From: Mytilus trossulus | Taxonomy: Eukaryota | Assembly: GCF_036588685.1 (NCBI RefSeq) | Contig: NC_086376.1 | Location: 15,872,001-15,936,000 of the forward strand | Length of the DNA: 64,000 nucleotides | Direction of reading: 5' to 3' | In this document: positions 1 through 13,510 of the stretch, in pieces | How the letters are laid out: each line of letters opens with the position of its first letter | Position numbering within the stretch: position 1 is the stretch's first letter | Notes under the pieces: model-generated | What the model was told of the DNA's origin: nothing | The model's database searches: none | What the model saw: the letters and a program-made list of their open reading frames with translations, nothing else | Translations under genes and position numbers: made by a program

Positions 1-489
1 TCATTGCGCATAGTATAGCTAGTTATAGTTTTTAATATTGTCATATTGTTTGTGGACAACTTGGATCCAAGTAATTACTGGAACGGACGTTTGAGATATA
101 AACGCCTGGTTACACGTTACAGCTCTAATATATCCAGGTATCAAGGATTGAATCAAAACATTAAAAAAAATAGTAAATGTCTTCTTCGGGTCCGTTAATA
201 TTTTGACATTTGAAATGTCTTTCTGAACATAATACCTGTCAGAAAAGAAATATTGACTATTGTTCAAAATAATATTTAAACATACAATAATTTCCAGCTA
301 AACAAGATTTCAAAGATGTCCAGATAGAGAAATTAACGATAAACAAAATAAAATCAATGAAAACAAAACAAAACAACAAGCCAGAATCATTTTAGATACC
401 AGAATTAATCTAATTTAGTTATAATTAAAACCAAAGTTAATGTCTTTAAGATTTTTTTAATCTTTAAATGTATAGTCGGCTATGCTATA

Positions 490-628
490 TAAATAAACTC
501 ATCATAGATACCAGGACTAAATTTAGTATAAACGTCAGACTCGCGTTTCGTATGCTAAAGTCTCATCAGTGACGCTCGAATAAAAAAAAGTTTAAAATGC
601 CAAATAAAGTACGAAGTTGAAGAACATT
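490..628 (-). mobile_element. Penelope-like element repeat fragment containing a minimal hammerhead ribozyme motif (533-574)
   Basis: Minus strand reads CGTCA-CTGATGA-GACTTTAGCATAC-GAAAC-GCGA-GTC-TGACG: CUGAUGA and GAAA core boxes, perfect 5-bp stem I, GUC site, mismatched stem II. Related fragments at ~4762-4820 (+) and ~10245-10325 (-). Confidence 0.6.
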
Positions 629-1097
629 CCTCATACTTTTCTAAGACATCAAATCGGATGTATTCGACCATAAGTGTTCATAATTAAAGGCAGTAATATC
701 TAGAGTTTCTACGTGATTTAAAACAAAAGCAATTTTATTCAAAACATTTATTTAATCTACTATTAAAATTGTTGAATATCGTTTAAACTGTTATTAATAT
801 TTATTCAAACAAAATAAACAGGAAACCAACAATAATGAAAAGGAAAGTGTCAATGACAGATAACTAAAAGTTATGTTGAAAATCTTTAACAATCAATTGA
901 CGAAATGTAAGATGTCAACAGAAATAATATACAATCACCAACAAGGCAAGCCAAAGCACATGTTGTGTTAAGTTGCACAGACTTCCGTTAATCTTTCTTG
1001 ATTATTATTGAGTAAAACAGCACATGAAATGTACCTACAAATTGAAGGTTTGTTTGAAAATTGTGATTATTTATATTCATAATTGTCTATATACAAG

Positions 1098-3121
1098 TTA
1101 CTCAAATGATTTTTTGTTTTTCGACGATGGCGTGTTTACAGCATATGTTGACATTCGTCCGTTCAGATAGTGTGGATCTTTCTTAGTTGAACCCATTGTG
1201 TTTTCTCTCCTCAGTTGATGATGTTTAGGTCCACTGATTTTATAACTCTCGCCTTTGTTGTTGGCATTCTGAAAAGCTTTGGTTAATGCTTTGATATCTT
1301 TTGATTGGCTAGTCAGTCTATCCATAAGTTCTTTGCAAACCCCATGAGTTTCTTGCTGCTGCCCCCTCAGATCTTGCATGGCTTTTGTGTGCTCACTGTC
1401 AGTTTTTCTCCTATCATTCTCCATTCGCTCAATCGCAAAGTCTTTCAATTGTATTTCCTTCTTAAGGTAATCAATATGAGCATTCAGATTTTGAATTATT
1501 CTCTCGAGTTCTTCATTTTTTGTGATTAGCGCTCTGATATCACTATCTCGCTTGCCTGTGTGTTCTTTGAGTTCCTTTATATCTTCTAGAGTTTTTATTC
1601 TTTCCACATGTGCCTCTTCAACCTTCTCCGACTTCAGCAGAAGCTGGCCCTCTAATTTGTTGACCCGACTTATCAAATCATTAATGGTTTCGTTTTTCTC
1701 AGAAATATTTTCTTCCATTGATTCTAATTTCCATTCTTCAGCTCCTATAACAGATACAATAAAAATATTAGTATATGTAAATTTTAAACGTGCATAGTGT
1801 TTCTTTATTTAGGATGTTTTCTGTTTTTTATTTCTTTGCTGCTATGCAAAAATATTTTTCGAGAAGTGAGGATATACTATTTAAGATTATTAGCATATGA
1901 TATTTACATAATGTGTCTAATAACATAATTAAACAAGAATGTGTACATAGTATACACGGATGACCAAAACGTACTATAATTTTCTATGTTCAGCGGACCA
2001 TGAAATTGGAATCAAGACTCTAATTTGGCATTACAATTAGAAAGATCATATCATAGGGAACATTTTGTACTCAGTTTCAAGTTGATTGAACTTCAACCTT
2101 TTTCAAAAACTATTTTGACCAAAAACTTTAACCTTTAGCAGGACAGATGGACGGATCGACTAACGGACGGACGGACGAACAAAATCGAAAACATAATGCT
2201 CATAAATGAGTCATAAAAATAAATAAGGTGCTATAAGAAAAGTGAAATACCGAAATCCGAGGAGAAATAAAAACGGAAAGTCCCTTATCAAATTGCAAAA
2301 ACATAAGCTCAAACACATAAAATGAACGGATAACAAGTGTCATATTCTTGACTTGGTACATGAATCCACTTATATAGAAAATGGTTGATTGAACCTGCTT
2401 CTACAGCTAGATAAACTGCTGACTTATATGACAGTCGCATAAAATCTAATCATATTGACAACGATGTGTGAACAACACAAAAAGACAAAATAGGTGAAAA
2501 TGTCAAAACGGGGTACAGCAGTCAACATTGTGTTATAATCTAAGTCTCTATAAAATCAATCAAATATGTAAGTAAGAAACAGAAGAAAATAATAGTTTCA
2601 ATTTTATTCAAAATACACTTTTCGGTTTCATGAGTTGATCAATTTGTGTGATTACGAAATGAACAATTAAAGAAGAAGAAAATTCAAATGAGCAACACAT
2701 GATTCCCAATTAGATTGTAAGCGAGATACCTATTAAAGTTACTGATAAATGAACAACATTTTGACTACCAGTCATATATTTCAGACTTTATCATCTGTTA
2801 GAAAGTTTCAGTATGTAGATATAGTATCAATTGTGTACCTTTTTCGTGCGTATTCTTTATTTCCTCTGCAATGTGATTATTTCCCGAAGAAGTTAATGCC
2901 ACCAAAAAATATTCATAACATTTCCTTCCTCTCCGAATCATAACATCTAGAAGATGTTGGCATTGTTCATCTGAAGATTTTTCCATACCAATTCTGTTCC
3001 TTTCATCCCAAGTCAGACAACCATACTGCAGTAAAAAATCCAGTACCTCGCCAAGATTCGTAATATTTTTCTTCAATATTCTGTTGCATTTTGAAAGAGC
3101 TATTTTTTGTGACGTCTCCAT
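1098..3121 (-). CDS. CARD + coiled-coil protein, paralogue 1 (~309 aa, 2 coding exons)
   Basis: Exon 1 3121-2839 (METSQKIALSKC...LGEVLDFLLQ...LLDVMIRRG...FLVAL, CARD-type death fold), phase-1 GT donor at 2838; AG acceptor at 1746-1745; exon 2 1744-1098 continues in frame into a heptad-rich coiled coil and a basic tail. Confidence 0.85.
1931..2218. mobile_element. Non-autonomous Helentron-associated/MITE-like repeat with (GGAC)n microsatellite, in the intron of CARD paralogue 1
   Basis: Shares sequence with the oppositely oriented element at ~62025-62497; ggacggac microsatellite near 2150-2180. Confidence 0.55.
2238..2580. repeat. Abundant interspersed repeat family (SINE- or PLE-derived); further copies at ~4605-4930, 7146-7315, 10740-11035, 14828-15110
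   Basis: Shared core ...aacaactgtcatattcctgacttggtac...gaaaatggtg...aacctggtttt...aaacctctcacttgtatgacagtcgc, seen five times in the window with varying divergence. Confidence 0.7.
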
Positions 3122-3329
3122 AGCAAAACATTTATGGAACCTCTGACACCAAACAAAAAACCACAACTGACTAAACAAGAACTTATAATTCTGTTATAAT
3201 GATTTGAATCAATTTCAATATATGACTGTTCATTAGATCATATAGGATGTGTGACTCTAATAAAGAGATAGTCATCTAATCATATTTGTCATCTTTAAAC
3301 TGTACATTGATAACAAGTATGATAACTTA

Positions 3330-4269
3330 TAGTCCAGTCAAACTAAGATTTAACCTCAAACTAATTGCAACAGAAAATGTTTTAGTTCTAATCTAAAGTA
3401 TTATGCCCTTTATATACACAGAAAAAAGTCCCATAAAATCTAACTTGAGGAAAACTCAAAATCAGCATTTTAAATTTCCTATGGAAATTTACATTGGGAG
3501 GGGAGATAACTCTTACAAAAATGAGTCTTTTTTGTCAGTTTTTGGTTGTTTTTCTTGAAATTTATGTAGAGTATGATACTTTGATGGTGTTATAAGTTTG
3601 TATTTGACAAAATTATATAATCTTCTGCTCATGAAATGTACAAAACCTAAGTGTTATGGGTAGTTTTATTTTTTTCATGCATTTTTCATTAAAGAAATTG
3701 CAAATTTGAAGCTTTGTAACCATTTTGAAAAAATAATGTGAAAATTTGGTATTGTTTATATCTGTATATTATATTTTTTCAGCAACTTACTTATCTAAAG
3801 AAACTTTAAACCACAAAAAGAAGAAAACATGCTTTATTATTTTTATTAAATTTGAGATTCTTTACTTTGACATGTTGAAAAATTCAAAAAATGGTCAACT
3901 AATAAATTAAGAAATCTAGATTATAGCTTGATAAAATATATGAAAACACCTTAAATGTTGTTTGTTATACTCTAAAGACTGCTAAAAAATCAAGAATCAA
4001 TACATTCTGATGAATAGAAGCGGTAAAGTTATAATTTTGTATCAATTTTTATTGAAATTTCTGCCTTTTTTGCAAGAGTTATTTCCCTTTTCAATGCAAA
4101 TCTCCATAGGAATTTTAAATGGTACTTTTTTTAGTTTTCCTCAAGTTAGATTTTATGGGACTTTTTTCTGTGTATATTTGGGGTATAATGCTAAAGATTA
4201 AAACTTAAAAATCTTCTGTTGCAATTACTTTCAGGTTAGGATCAAATTTATGCTAGATTGACTGGACTA
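3330..4269. mobile_element. Non-autonomous DNA transposon, Academ-like (TAG...CTA ends, 3-bp TSD)
   Basis: Termini TAGTCCAGTCAA / TTGACTGGACTA; imperfect inverted repeats extend ~200 bp inward (cacagaaaaaagtcccataaaatctaacttgaggaaaact and its reverse complement at ~4133-4172); TTA on both flanks. Confidence 0.8.
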
Positions 4270-7200
4270 TTATAGATCTTTATCATTGATATTCCCCGAA
4301 AAATATATGACAATAGTTAATATTAACAACTAGGTTACAGAGGACCCTTAACTTATCATGTAGAATTCCACCTCCGCTTACCGCATTTTGAGCAAATACT
4401 AGTAATAGGTTGTCAACTTAATACCCGACTTATGATATGACGAATGCTGTAAGGGCGACCTGATATCTAAATTCGGTTTTTAGGAAAGAGAAACAACTAA
4501 TTAAGATTTGGTTAACAAAAAATAAAGGTCATGGTCACATAAGCTTTAGCTCTATTTTTTTATTCGTGCGTAACTGATGTCAAATAAATAGCCTTTGGTG
4601 AAAAGTATAGTCATACAAATACTTAACTCCGAGGAAAATGCAAAACGAAAGTTTCAGAAATAAATGGCAAAATCAGAAACCTCAATCACACCAAACGAAT
4701 GGATAACAACTGTCATATTCCTGACTTGGTACAGACATTTTTTTATGCAGAAGATGATGGATGTAGACGAAACGCGCGTCTGGCGTACTAAATTATAATC
4801 CTGGTACCTTTGATAACTATTTATAGCTAGTTAAACCTCACACGTATATGACAGTCGCATACAATTACATTATATTGACAACGATGTGGGAACAAAACAA
4901 ATAGACATAATAGGCAAAAATATCAACATTAGTTTCTTTTGCCATACCAACATATCAACATTTACCAGACTTGGTTTGATGATAATCCATGAAATTAAGA
5001 ATAACGGTGGGGAAAAAATGTAACACAAATTAAAAATTATATTTTGTATTAATACGTCTATTTGATGGTGGCTAAAAATATGTGTTTTAAAATTGAACCT
5101 AAAGGGATGATTATTTAAATTATTTTTACATTTGTCAATAAAGACAAGTTATATTGCAATAATGTCATGATTGAAACATAAAAAAAAATTGTTTAGGTAA
5201 TTCTTGTTTTAAATCAGCCAGAACATTCCGGTGACAGAAGCGGACCATGACATTCGGGTCCTCTCGAAACATCAGAGTGCATATCGGGTTTACGTGTGGT
5301 TCGTTTAGCTAACCCTCTAGATTAATGTGTCGGAATACGATAGTGTATTTGCGTTATTTGATTTTATTATTTTTATATCGACTGTTCTTTTCCTCCCAGA
5401 CTGTTGTAGAATGTATGATTGTCTTGTCTTATTGCAATACATCACCACATAACCTTCCATTAGTCGTATAGTCAATTAAAATCCTAGAATGATCTACTAT
5501 AGTATGTTGTCACTGTAACGGGATACTGCTATGTACCATTCTTACCAACTCAAAAATACTGATTCGTTAAATTTCTCAAGGTTTGTAACCCATTACACAG
5601 CAGTAATTAATAAATACGTAAATCATATAACTGCATGACACGTTCATTATTATTTTCTGTTTGTTATGTATATATTTTATATCAAGGGATTAACCTTTAA
5701 TGATATGACGATTTAAAACAATGACAGGTTGTTTAAAATTAAAATATCAAAGAATGTATGACTACATGCAGATGACATATTTGATTGTATAGTAGAGTCT
5801 AGATTTAAGAAATTCCAATCAAAATTATCGTACATAAACAAGGCCGTTAGTTTTATTTTTTTAGTTTTTGAATTGTTTTACTTTGTCATTTCGAGGCCTC
5901 TAATAGCTGACTATGCGGTATTGGCTTTGCTCATTGTTGAAGGCCATATAGTGATCTATCGTTGTTAATGTATGTGTTAGTTGTTCTCTTGTGGAGTATT
6001 GTCTCATTTCCTATCATACCTCATCTTCTTTTTTATACTATCTTTTGTTATAAAATTAAAAAGTGATTTACTTTATAATCTTCCAGCATATCATCACTCA
6101 ATTGAAACACAAACATTTTTGTTATGCTATCTTTTGATCCATAGAGCAGAAAAAAAATCAAAACCGATTAGTTAAGGTTGCGTACAAGTTATCATTTTGT
6201 CCAGATTATAATTTTTATTTTGACTTTGTGCAAATTGTAATTTTTACGAAAATTGCTCGTCAAAATTTGACTAAAATTCACTTATAACTTGAAAAATAAT
6301 TAAAAGTGTGGATTTTGTTATAAAAAAGCATAAACAAACACTATAGATTGTTCATTCAATGACCACACAATAACTCTTATTCACAAAATAAAATAAAAAA
6401 TACTCAGATGGAGACAAAAAATGTAATTGATACACGCATATCAATTGATTATGATAGTACAAAAGAAATTGGCTTCAATTACAATTCTGATAGAATAATA
6501 AAGTTTGGCCCAGTGCATGGTAGTATAATAGACATTTTTTCCTGTTATTATTCTGAGAGTTTGATAGAAGTTTACCGAATAGACAATCAGAAGGACACTG
6601 ACGTCGACACACCAATAAGCGTTCCAGAAAAAAATGAGCTGTCTGGTCAACAGATCCAAGCCGCACATTTAATCAATGAAAAGAATGAAACGGAAATAAT
6701 CCAGACTAGCTGTGAGGGATTATTTCATTTAACCAATTTATTAGTGTGATCGTGCCCTATGATCCTCTAATTATCTAAGAGGGGTAATTACTTTGTATAG
6801 AGAATATTGGAACAGCTATACTAGTTTTAAGAGCATATTTGTCGAGGAATCAAATTGAAGCTGTTGAAGACTCATTTTTATTACCATCAACAGTTACCGA
6901 ACTCCAGCTTTCGCTAGGTGAGCATTTACAAAGCTTTCAAAAACTTGTGTTCAGTGATTTTTTCATGTAAATGGAAACGGGGGTGCACCACTTCTGAATG
7001 TCAACGTCAAAAGCAAAAGATGCTGTGCATTTTCGATGCCATAATCCACTCACATGCTCAAATAAATGATACAGAACTATTCATATATTTTGGAAATAAG
7101 GTTTATTTGTGTGGTCATTGATCAAAAATTCTTAAGTGTGTATCAAAAAGTAAAATCACAAAGATACTGGATTCCGACGAAAATTCAACATCAAACGAAT

Positions 7201-8178
7201 GAATAACAACTGTCATATTCCTGACTTTGATACTGGCATTTTCTTATGTTGAAAATGATGAATTGAACCTGGTTTTTATAGCTAGCTAAACCTCTCACTT
7301 GTATGACAGTCGCTTAGAAAGGGTTCATACATGTATAAATATTTATTTTATCATTCTTTAGTAACTGTTTACAGATAAATCAATGTGAAAATAATGCTCC
7401 AAAGAATAAGTTTATTCCAAGACAGCAATCATTTATAATTCATGGAAAGAATCTATTCATAAACAACATCAAACATCTCGTGTGCTTATATTGCCTCTTG
7501 AATTACAGAGGAAGGAGTGTTTTTCCAGTACTAATTTTTATAATATACTCATAGAAATTAGAATGGGAGGATTGACGTTTACCCACCTATCTTTTACTAA
7601 ATTATATTCCCGGTACCTTTGATAACTAACTACTTTTACTCATATTTTTATTTTGTTTTAAAATTTGATGTATCAGTTCACATTTCTTAATTCTAAAATA
7701 CTAATTCATCAAATTTTACAAAACATTTTCATCAAAAAAAGTTTAAATTAAAACTAAAAATCAAAAATATAAAAATGAGCCATCAAATATTATGTGCCGC
7801 TTAATTATATGCAATCGATTATTGTATCTACAAAGTTGAACAGGGGGTTTACCATTAATGATTTGACAATTTGAAACAATGAGCAGATGTTTAAATCTTA
7901 AACATAAAAATAAATTATGACAACGTTTAGATGGCATATTTGATTGTATTATAGGTTTTGGAAAATCCAATTAAATTTATTTCATTTATTTTAATAATAA
8001 ATAACGATTTCCAAACAAAATATATCCCTTCACAACAAACGATCAATTAAAAGCAGTTTTTCTTCCGATTATCTTTCCACATGTTCCATCCACAATGTAG
8101 ATAAAAGTCAAAGCTGACGAATATACAGTACATACAGATAATGAATTTAGTTGTTTTTTCATTTTATTTCAAAATATA

Positions 8179-9668
8179 TCACCGGTTTGACTTTTTGTTT
8201 TTCCATGCTCCTTCGCCAAAATTACAAGTTGACACTTTATGCGGCAATGTTCTGAGGCTTTTATTGACAAGATTTTGTTTATCTCGCCTTGGCTGTTGAA
8301 TTCTCGGTGTCTCGTTTGACATATCTAGTTGATACTGTCTTGGCTGTTCCTTTGATTGTTGTGTTTTTATTTCGGCATGTAAGGAAACGACTGCTTTTGT
8401 TAGAGCGACAACATTTTCCGATAATTTTTCACACGTTTTCTGTGTTTGGTCCTGTTTTCTTTCTAAATTTTGAATAGCCCTTGTATGTTCAACTTCCAGC
8501 TTTCTTTTTTCATCCGCTACTCTTTTTAACGCGGCATCTTTCAGAGTAATTTGTTTCTGTAAATAGTCAATTGTTTGCTTAAGTCTACTGATTTCCCTTT
8601 CCATGTCTTGATTTTTCATTTCCAGTATTCGTATTTCTCCTCCTTGGTTGTTGGCCTTGTCCTTCAACTTCTTTAAATCTTCAAGCGCTCTTATTTGCTG
8701 GTCATGCACTGTAGACAGCTTTTCCTTTTTATTATTTAACTTTTCTTCTAATTCAATAACTCGTAATTTTGCGTCATCCATGCACTTTTTCCTATCTTCA
8801 AAGAGATTTTCTGCTGATGGGAATTTTCTACCACTGTTGGCTATAAAAATGAAATCAAATGATTTTAATTTATCTATAACAAAATATTTCACCAGTTGGA
8901 ATCATTTGATATCTTTTGTTCCAAAACATTTCTGTGAAGTGAAGTTTTTACCATCTATTTTCAACAAGGTATTTTGCAACAACCTTACAACAAAAAAGTT
9001 TAAATTAAGAGCAATCAAGAATGATAAAAGAGGGACGAAAGATACCGGAGGGAGAGTCAAACTCGTAGATAGAAAATAAACTGACGACGCCATGGCTTAA
9101 ATAAAAAGACAAACAGACAAATGATAGTGCAAGAAAGAAGAATATACAGTGCAGGAGAATTTATCAATCCGTTAAGTTAGTAGTCATTTAAAATGGTTTC
9201 TATTAAATGGTTTCTATTTTCAAAAGAAAAATAAATCAATTGACATCTAGAAGTATATCAAATTTATATTTACGACAACTATAAACTTCTAAATCGTATT
9301 CAACAAAATTCTACCTAAAAAAGATATCTGAGTATTTTACGTAAAGAATTACATAATATATCATATAAAACATCCTTCTTACCAATTTTTTTTGCGGCCT
9401 TTTCAATTTCATCTACAATATGGTTGTTTCCAGAAAGAGACAGAGCGTCCAAAAAGTTATTATAGTTGTTTCCACCTCTTCTTATCAATATTTCTAGGAG
9501 AATTTGACATTGCTCATCGCTGTCTTTTTCTAAACCTATCTTACTCCTTTCGTCCCAAGTCAGACTGTCATCTTTTAGTAAATTGTCCATCACTTCACCA
9601 ATGTTTGTGATATTTTTCTTAATAAAAAGATTGCATTTTGAAAGTGCTGTTTTATAGTTTGAATCCAT
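8179..9668 (-). CDS. CARD + coiled-coil protein, paralogue 2 (~315 aa, 2 coding exons)
   Basis: Exon 1 9668-9383 (MDSNYKTALSKC...IGEVMDNLLK...LLEILIRRG), phase-1 GTAAG donor; AG at 8842-8841; exon 2 8840-8179 is an in-frame coiled coil ending STCNFGEGAWKNKKSNR. Confidence 0.85.
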
Positions 9669-11355
9669 TGTTTGGAAGCGTGGGCACCAACCGCTGTTTA
9701 TATCTTAATGAACCCGCAAACATTTAATATTTCGTAGATTAGTCATAATGAAGTAATAGCTTCTTTTATCTCAATTAGGTGTTTAAATCTTAATTATAAT
9801 CGAGCATGTCATCTGCAAGTCATTCGAGAAGTAATGAAGAAAAGAAGTTATAATGTAAAGTTTCGGTACATTACGGAATAGTTAAAATATATAAAGAATT
9901 TTGTGCGTAGGAAATATTTGTTTTAATTATGAATGTACTTCGTTCATGTCATTTTTTTCCCCGTGCCCAATCAGGTTAGGTCTTACTTATTCTGTCCAAA
10001 TTATATTTGCTCAAGTCGGTGCTAGGCGTCGTCTTAAACTTGTAGGAAATTGGGAGGTTTTTAGCTCCATGTTTAAGACCTCACTGTGACTCGCAATGAA
10101 GAACAGCAATAAAAGCGATTTCCTTTGCTTTTTTTGTTGTTGTGCATGTACTTATTTTGTGTCATGGATAAATACACCATATTCGTTGTTTTTTTTTCTA
10201 TTACAAAAATCACTACTAGTATATAAAAACCACAAAAATAACCAAAGATACCAGCTTAAACATCTGTATGTCTGACGCGCGTTTCGTCATCAATAGATTC
10301 AATAGAACAGTACATGACGCTCGAAAAAAAAAGTCCAAATCAATTACGAAGTTAAAGACTATATGGAATTTAGAATTAGTTTATAAGAAATGACTGAGAT
10401 TTTATTACAGTCATTCCTATGGACTTTCCGGACTAAATTATTATGGACTTTACGAATTGATTTTCCTCCAAGTTCAGTATTTTTGTGATTTTACTTTTTA
10501 AAAAGAAAGCACATACATCGGCTAAAACAGCTTGTGTTAGATAAATCATGCAAACGAATAAAAGGGTTTACCCTTTCGAAATATCTGCGTTCAACCACAA
10601 GTATTCTTAAGGCTGGTACCTTTCATTTTGTTGTATAGGTTTTTGCTGTGTTTTGTATGTTAGTTGGGTTGTTTATAAGACTGAAAAAATGTTTTATTTT
10701 GCGGTCGTATAAGAGTATTAAGTAAATGACCAAAAAAATTCCAATGAAAAAATCAAAAGCTCAAACAAATTAAACAGTCAAATGCATATTGAACACGGTT
10801 TATAGCGGTGACCTTTATAGATCTTTAGCTAGGTAAGTACCTCACGTGTATGACAGTCGCGTAAAAATATTGATAACAATGTGTTATCAAATCATACAGA
10901 CATTTTTTGTTATAGGGTAAAAATGCCAAAAGTACAGGTACAGCAGTCAGCATTGTACATATTACAATCTTGATCACTATAAAAACAAAAAAATATTTCA
11001 ACAAAGAAATACACACAAAAAAAACCACATAGATAAAGTACATTAAATGGGGTTGTTTAATGTGCTGTGTTTGTAGATTTTGGATCTTGACACGGTTTTT
11101 AAATTGGTCCACTTAGAGGTTCAAAAGCTCCCCAATTAAATTTTATTTAATTTCATCAACAATTTAATTATTGAGGTTGTTTAATATGTCGAATATAAAT
11201 AAATGCAACAGTAGTATACCGCTGTTCTCAAGTCATAAATCAATTGAAAGAAAACAAATCATCCGGGTTACAAACTAAAACCGAGGAAAACACATCATCT
11301 ATAGGAGGAAAACAATCAAAACAACAGAAGATTGATGTACAATCGTGTATTCATA

Positions 11356-13510
11356 TTTTTGTCAGCTAAACTTTTCTTCCTGTCCAAATAAAGACATGAA
11401 AATGGAAACCAAGGATGCGAGTTCATTTGCAGAATAGCTAACTCAAGATTTGTGAAAAAGGTCATTTATTCAGAATATCATAAAGCATTATATAACTGAC
11501 AGTGATGGACAATTATGTCATCAAACAAAACTGAATAAATGACAACAATTGCAAAGGTGGGGAATAAATACCGCCACTCAACAATAAACAAATTACAAAA
11601 CATAAACAAACAATTATATACAATCAACATATATATGATAGAATAATAATACTAAAACTTTTTTAAAAAAAAGAGGGTGTAGGTGGGTGGGAAATTGAAA
11701 ATCTTTACTTTTCTGGCAAAACAAAAATAGCGTCTAGTAGCATTCAGTGCAATTGCGATAATGCGGGCGCAACTTGACGCTTGTTGAAAGTTAGCATGCA
11801 CTTTAACCTCATTGGTCAATTAAAATATTTGTGGCCAATGATAATTAGTATTGACCCTGATCATGCCATGACCATGCTGACCTTGACTGCCTGTAATCGA
11901 AAACTTGCATAATTCCTAGACAAAGACCATGGAAATTTTCGGTTTCTTATTACACCATTGATAAGAAATAAAACCTACACAAGTTGAAACAGTAGCCCAT
12001 AAAGCTAAAATTTAGTGTATAAAAATTTACTGCCAAAAATGTTTTTATTATAATAAAACTTATTTTTTGTCAGCTAAACTTTTCTTCCTGTCCAAATAAA
12101 GACATGAAAATGGAAACCAAGGATGCGAGTTCATTTGCAGAATAGCTAACTCAAGATTTGTGAAAAAGGTCATTTATTCAGAATATCATAAAGCATTATA
12201 TAACTGACAGTGATGGACAATTATGTCATCAAACAAAACTGAATAAATGACAACAATTGCAAAGGTGGGGAATAAATACCGCCATGATCCCCAAGTCCCT
12301 GAGTTGGGGAGACCGCCACCCGAGACATCCTTGGAGACTACTTTTTATGACAAAAGGAAAAATTCAGAAAAATAACATATCTTTCAACTCAAAACATTAG
12401 TGTAAATAACAAAATTAGGCAGAGCAAGCCCTGTTGACCTCTACCGTAACTGTTTGGCCAGTAGAAATGCCAATGTAAAGCAAACCCTTTTGACCTTTAC
12501 ATTCCCATGTCATACTGTTTGAAGTTCATCCTATTACCAACATTAAAGTAACTTAAATGTGTAAGGTACGCAGAGTGAAACAATATAATCAAAGACAAAA
12601 TACATAGTTATATATAAAAATTAGCAAAAATGAAAAAATACAATACAAATATATTTACATATCATTTTGCAAACAATATTGAACAATGGATTGAGCAAGC
12701 CCTGTTGACCTCTATCCATATTGACATAAAAGTCTACTCTAAATAAACGCAATGACGTAATTAAAAGAAAATAGTAAAAGATAGAGCAAGCCCTGTTGAC
12801 CTCTACCAGCTTAATTAATACATAATGGAAAAATATAATTTATTTGGCAGAGCAAGCCCTGTTGACCCTCGTCAAATCACAGTCAAAAATTATCCATTCG
12901 AATGTAATTTTGCAATGCATTTGATTTCCATCTACCCATTTGTTGTATAACAGATAAAGATGTGCCTTTAGCTGCTTCACTTGTTGCAGCGCCTATTCTA
13001 AAACTATGACCCTTGTAAAGCTCTGGGCTTAAACCTATACAAATTAATAGGGACTTCAAAGAGGAATTGAAATAAGTGTATGATACTGGTGTACCACAAA
13101 GAAATTGAAAAAGGGGACCTGACTTGTGTTTTGCTACCTTTATATAATCCATCATTGTTTTTACAGGGCAAAACGAATACCTCGGCAGTAATTGCCCAAC
13201 GATCACGTGACCAACACCATACACAGTGATTATGTAATCACAGAATGACGCGATGTCTCGAGCCAATTTCTCAGGATTCTTCTCGCTTGTCAAGTCATTA
13301 CCGCCAATTTGAATAAATACAGAATCTGGTTTAAAAGTGTCAAACACTTGCATAAATTCTGGTTTCTGAATGCATTTACGACCCGGACGCAATGTACTAC
13401 CACCGAAACCGGCAAATTGAACCTGAATTTCGGTACCATCGAATCCTAAATTGTATAGCCCTTCTGCACGATTCTCGTACAAAAATGATTCTAATCTATG
13501 TACAAATGAA
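11356..13510 (-). mobile_element. Internally deleted Ngaro/DIRS-type tyrosine-recombinase retrotransposon remnant
   Basis: ORF 12883-13482 joins an SGNH-hydrolase segment (VFIQIGGNDL...VIVGQLLPR) to a tyrosine recombinase C-terminus (GHSFRIGAAT...GRWKSNALQNYIR). Apparently identical 221-bp direct repeats at 11356-11576 and 12064-12284 fit the split direct repeats of Ngaro elements. Confidence 0.8.

Noticed and set aside
19-267. 82-aa minus-strand ORF with an acceptor-like site
   Set aside because: No recognisable domain or partner exons within the window.
1305-1797. Plus-strand ORFs antisense to coiled-coil exons (also 8289-9079 and 57839-59131)
   Set aside because: Shadow ORFs produced by the codon bias of the real minus-strand genes.
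2620-2629. ISRE-like TTTCGGTTTC in the CARD paralogue 1 intron (weaker match near 16509)
   Set aside because: Short motif expected by chance in AT-rich DNA and not positionally conserved among the three paralogues.
6408-7060. 113-aa plus-strand ORF and coding-like continuation
   Set aside because: No recognisable domain and stops follow immediately. It could be a decayed gene or TE fragment, but I cannot support a call without a homology search.
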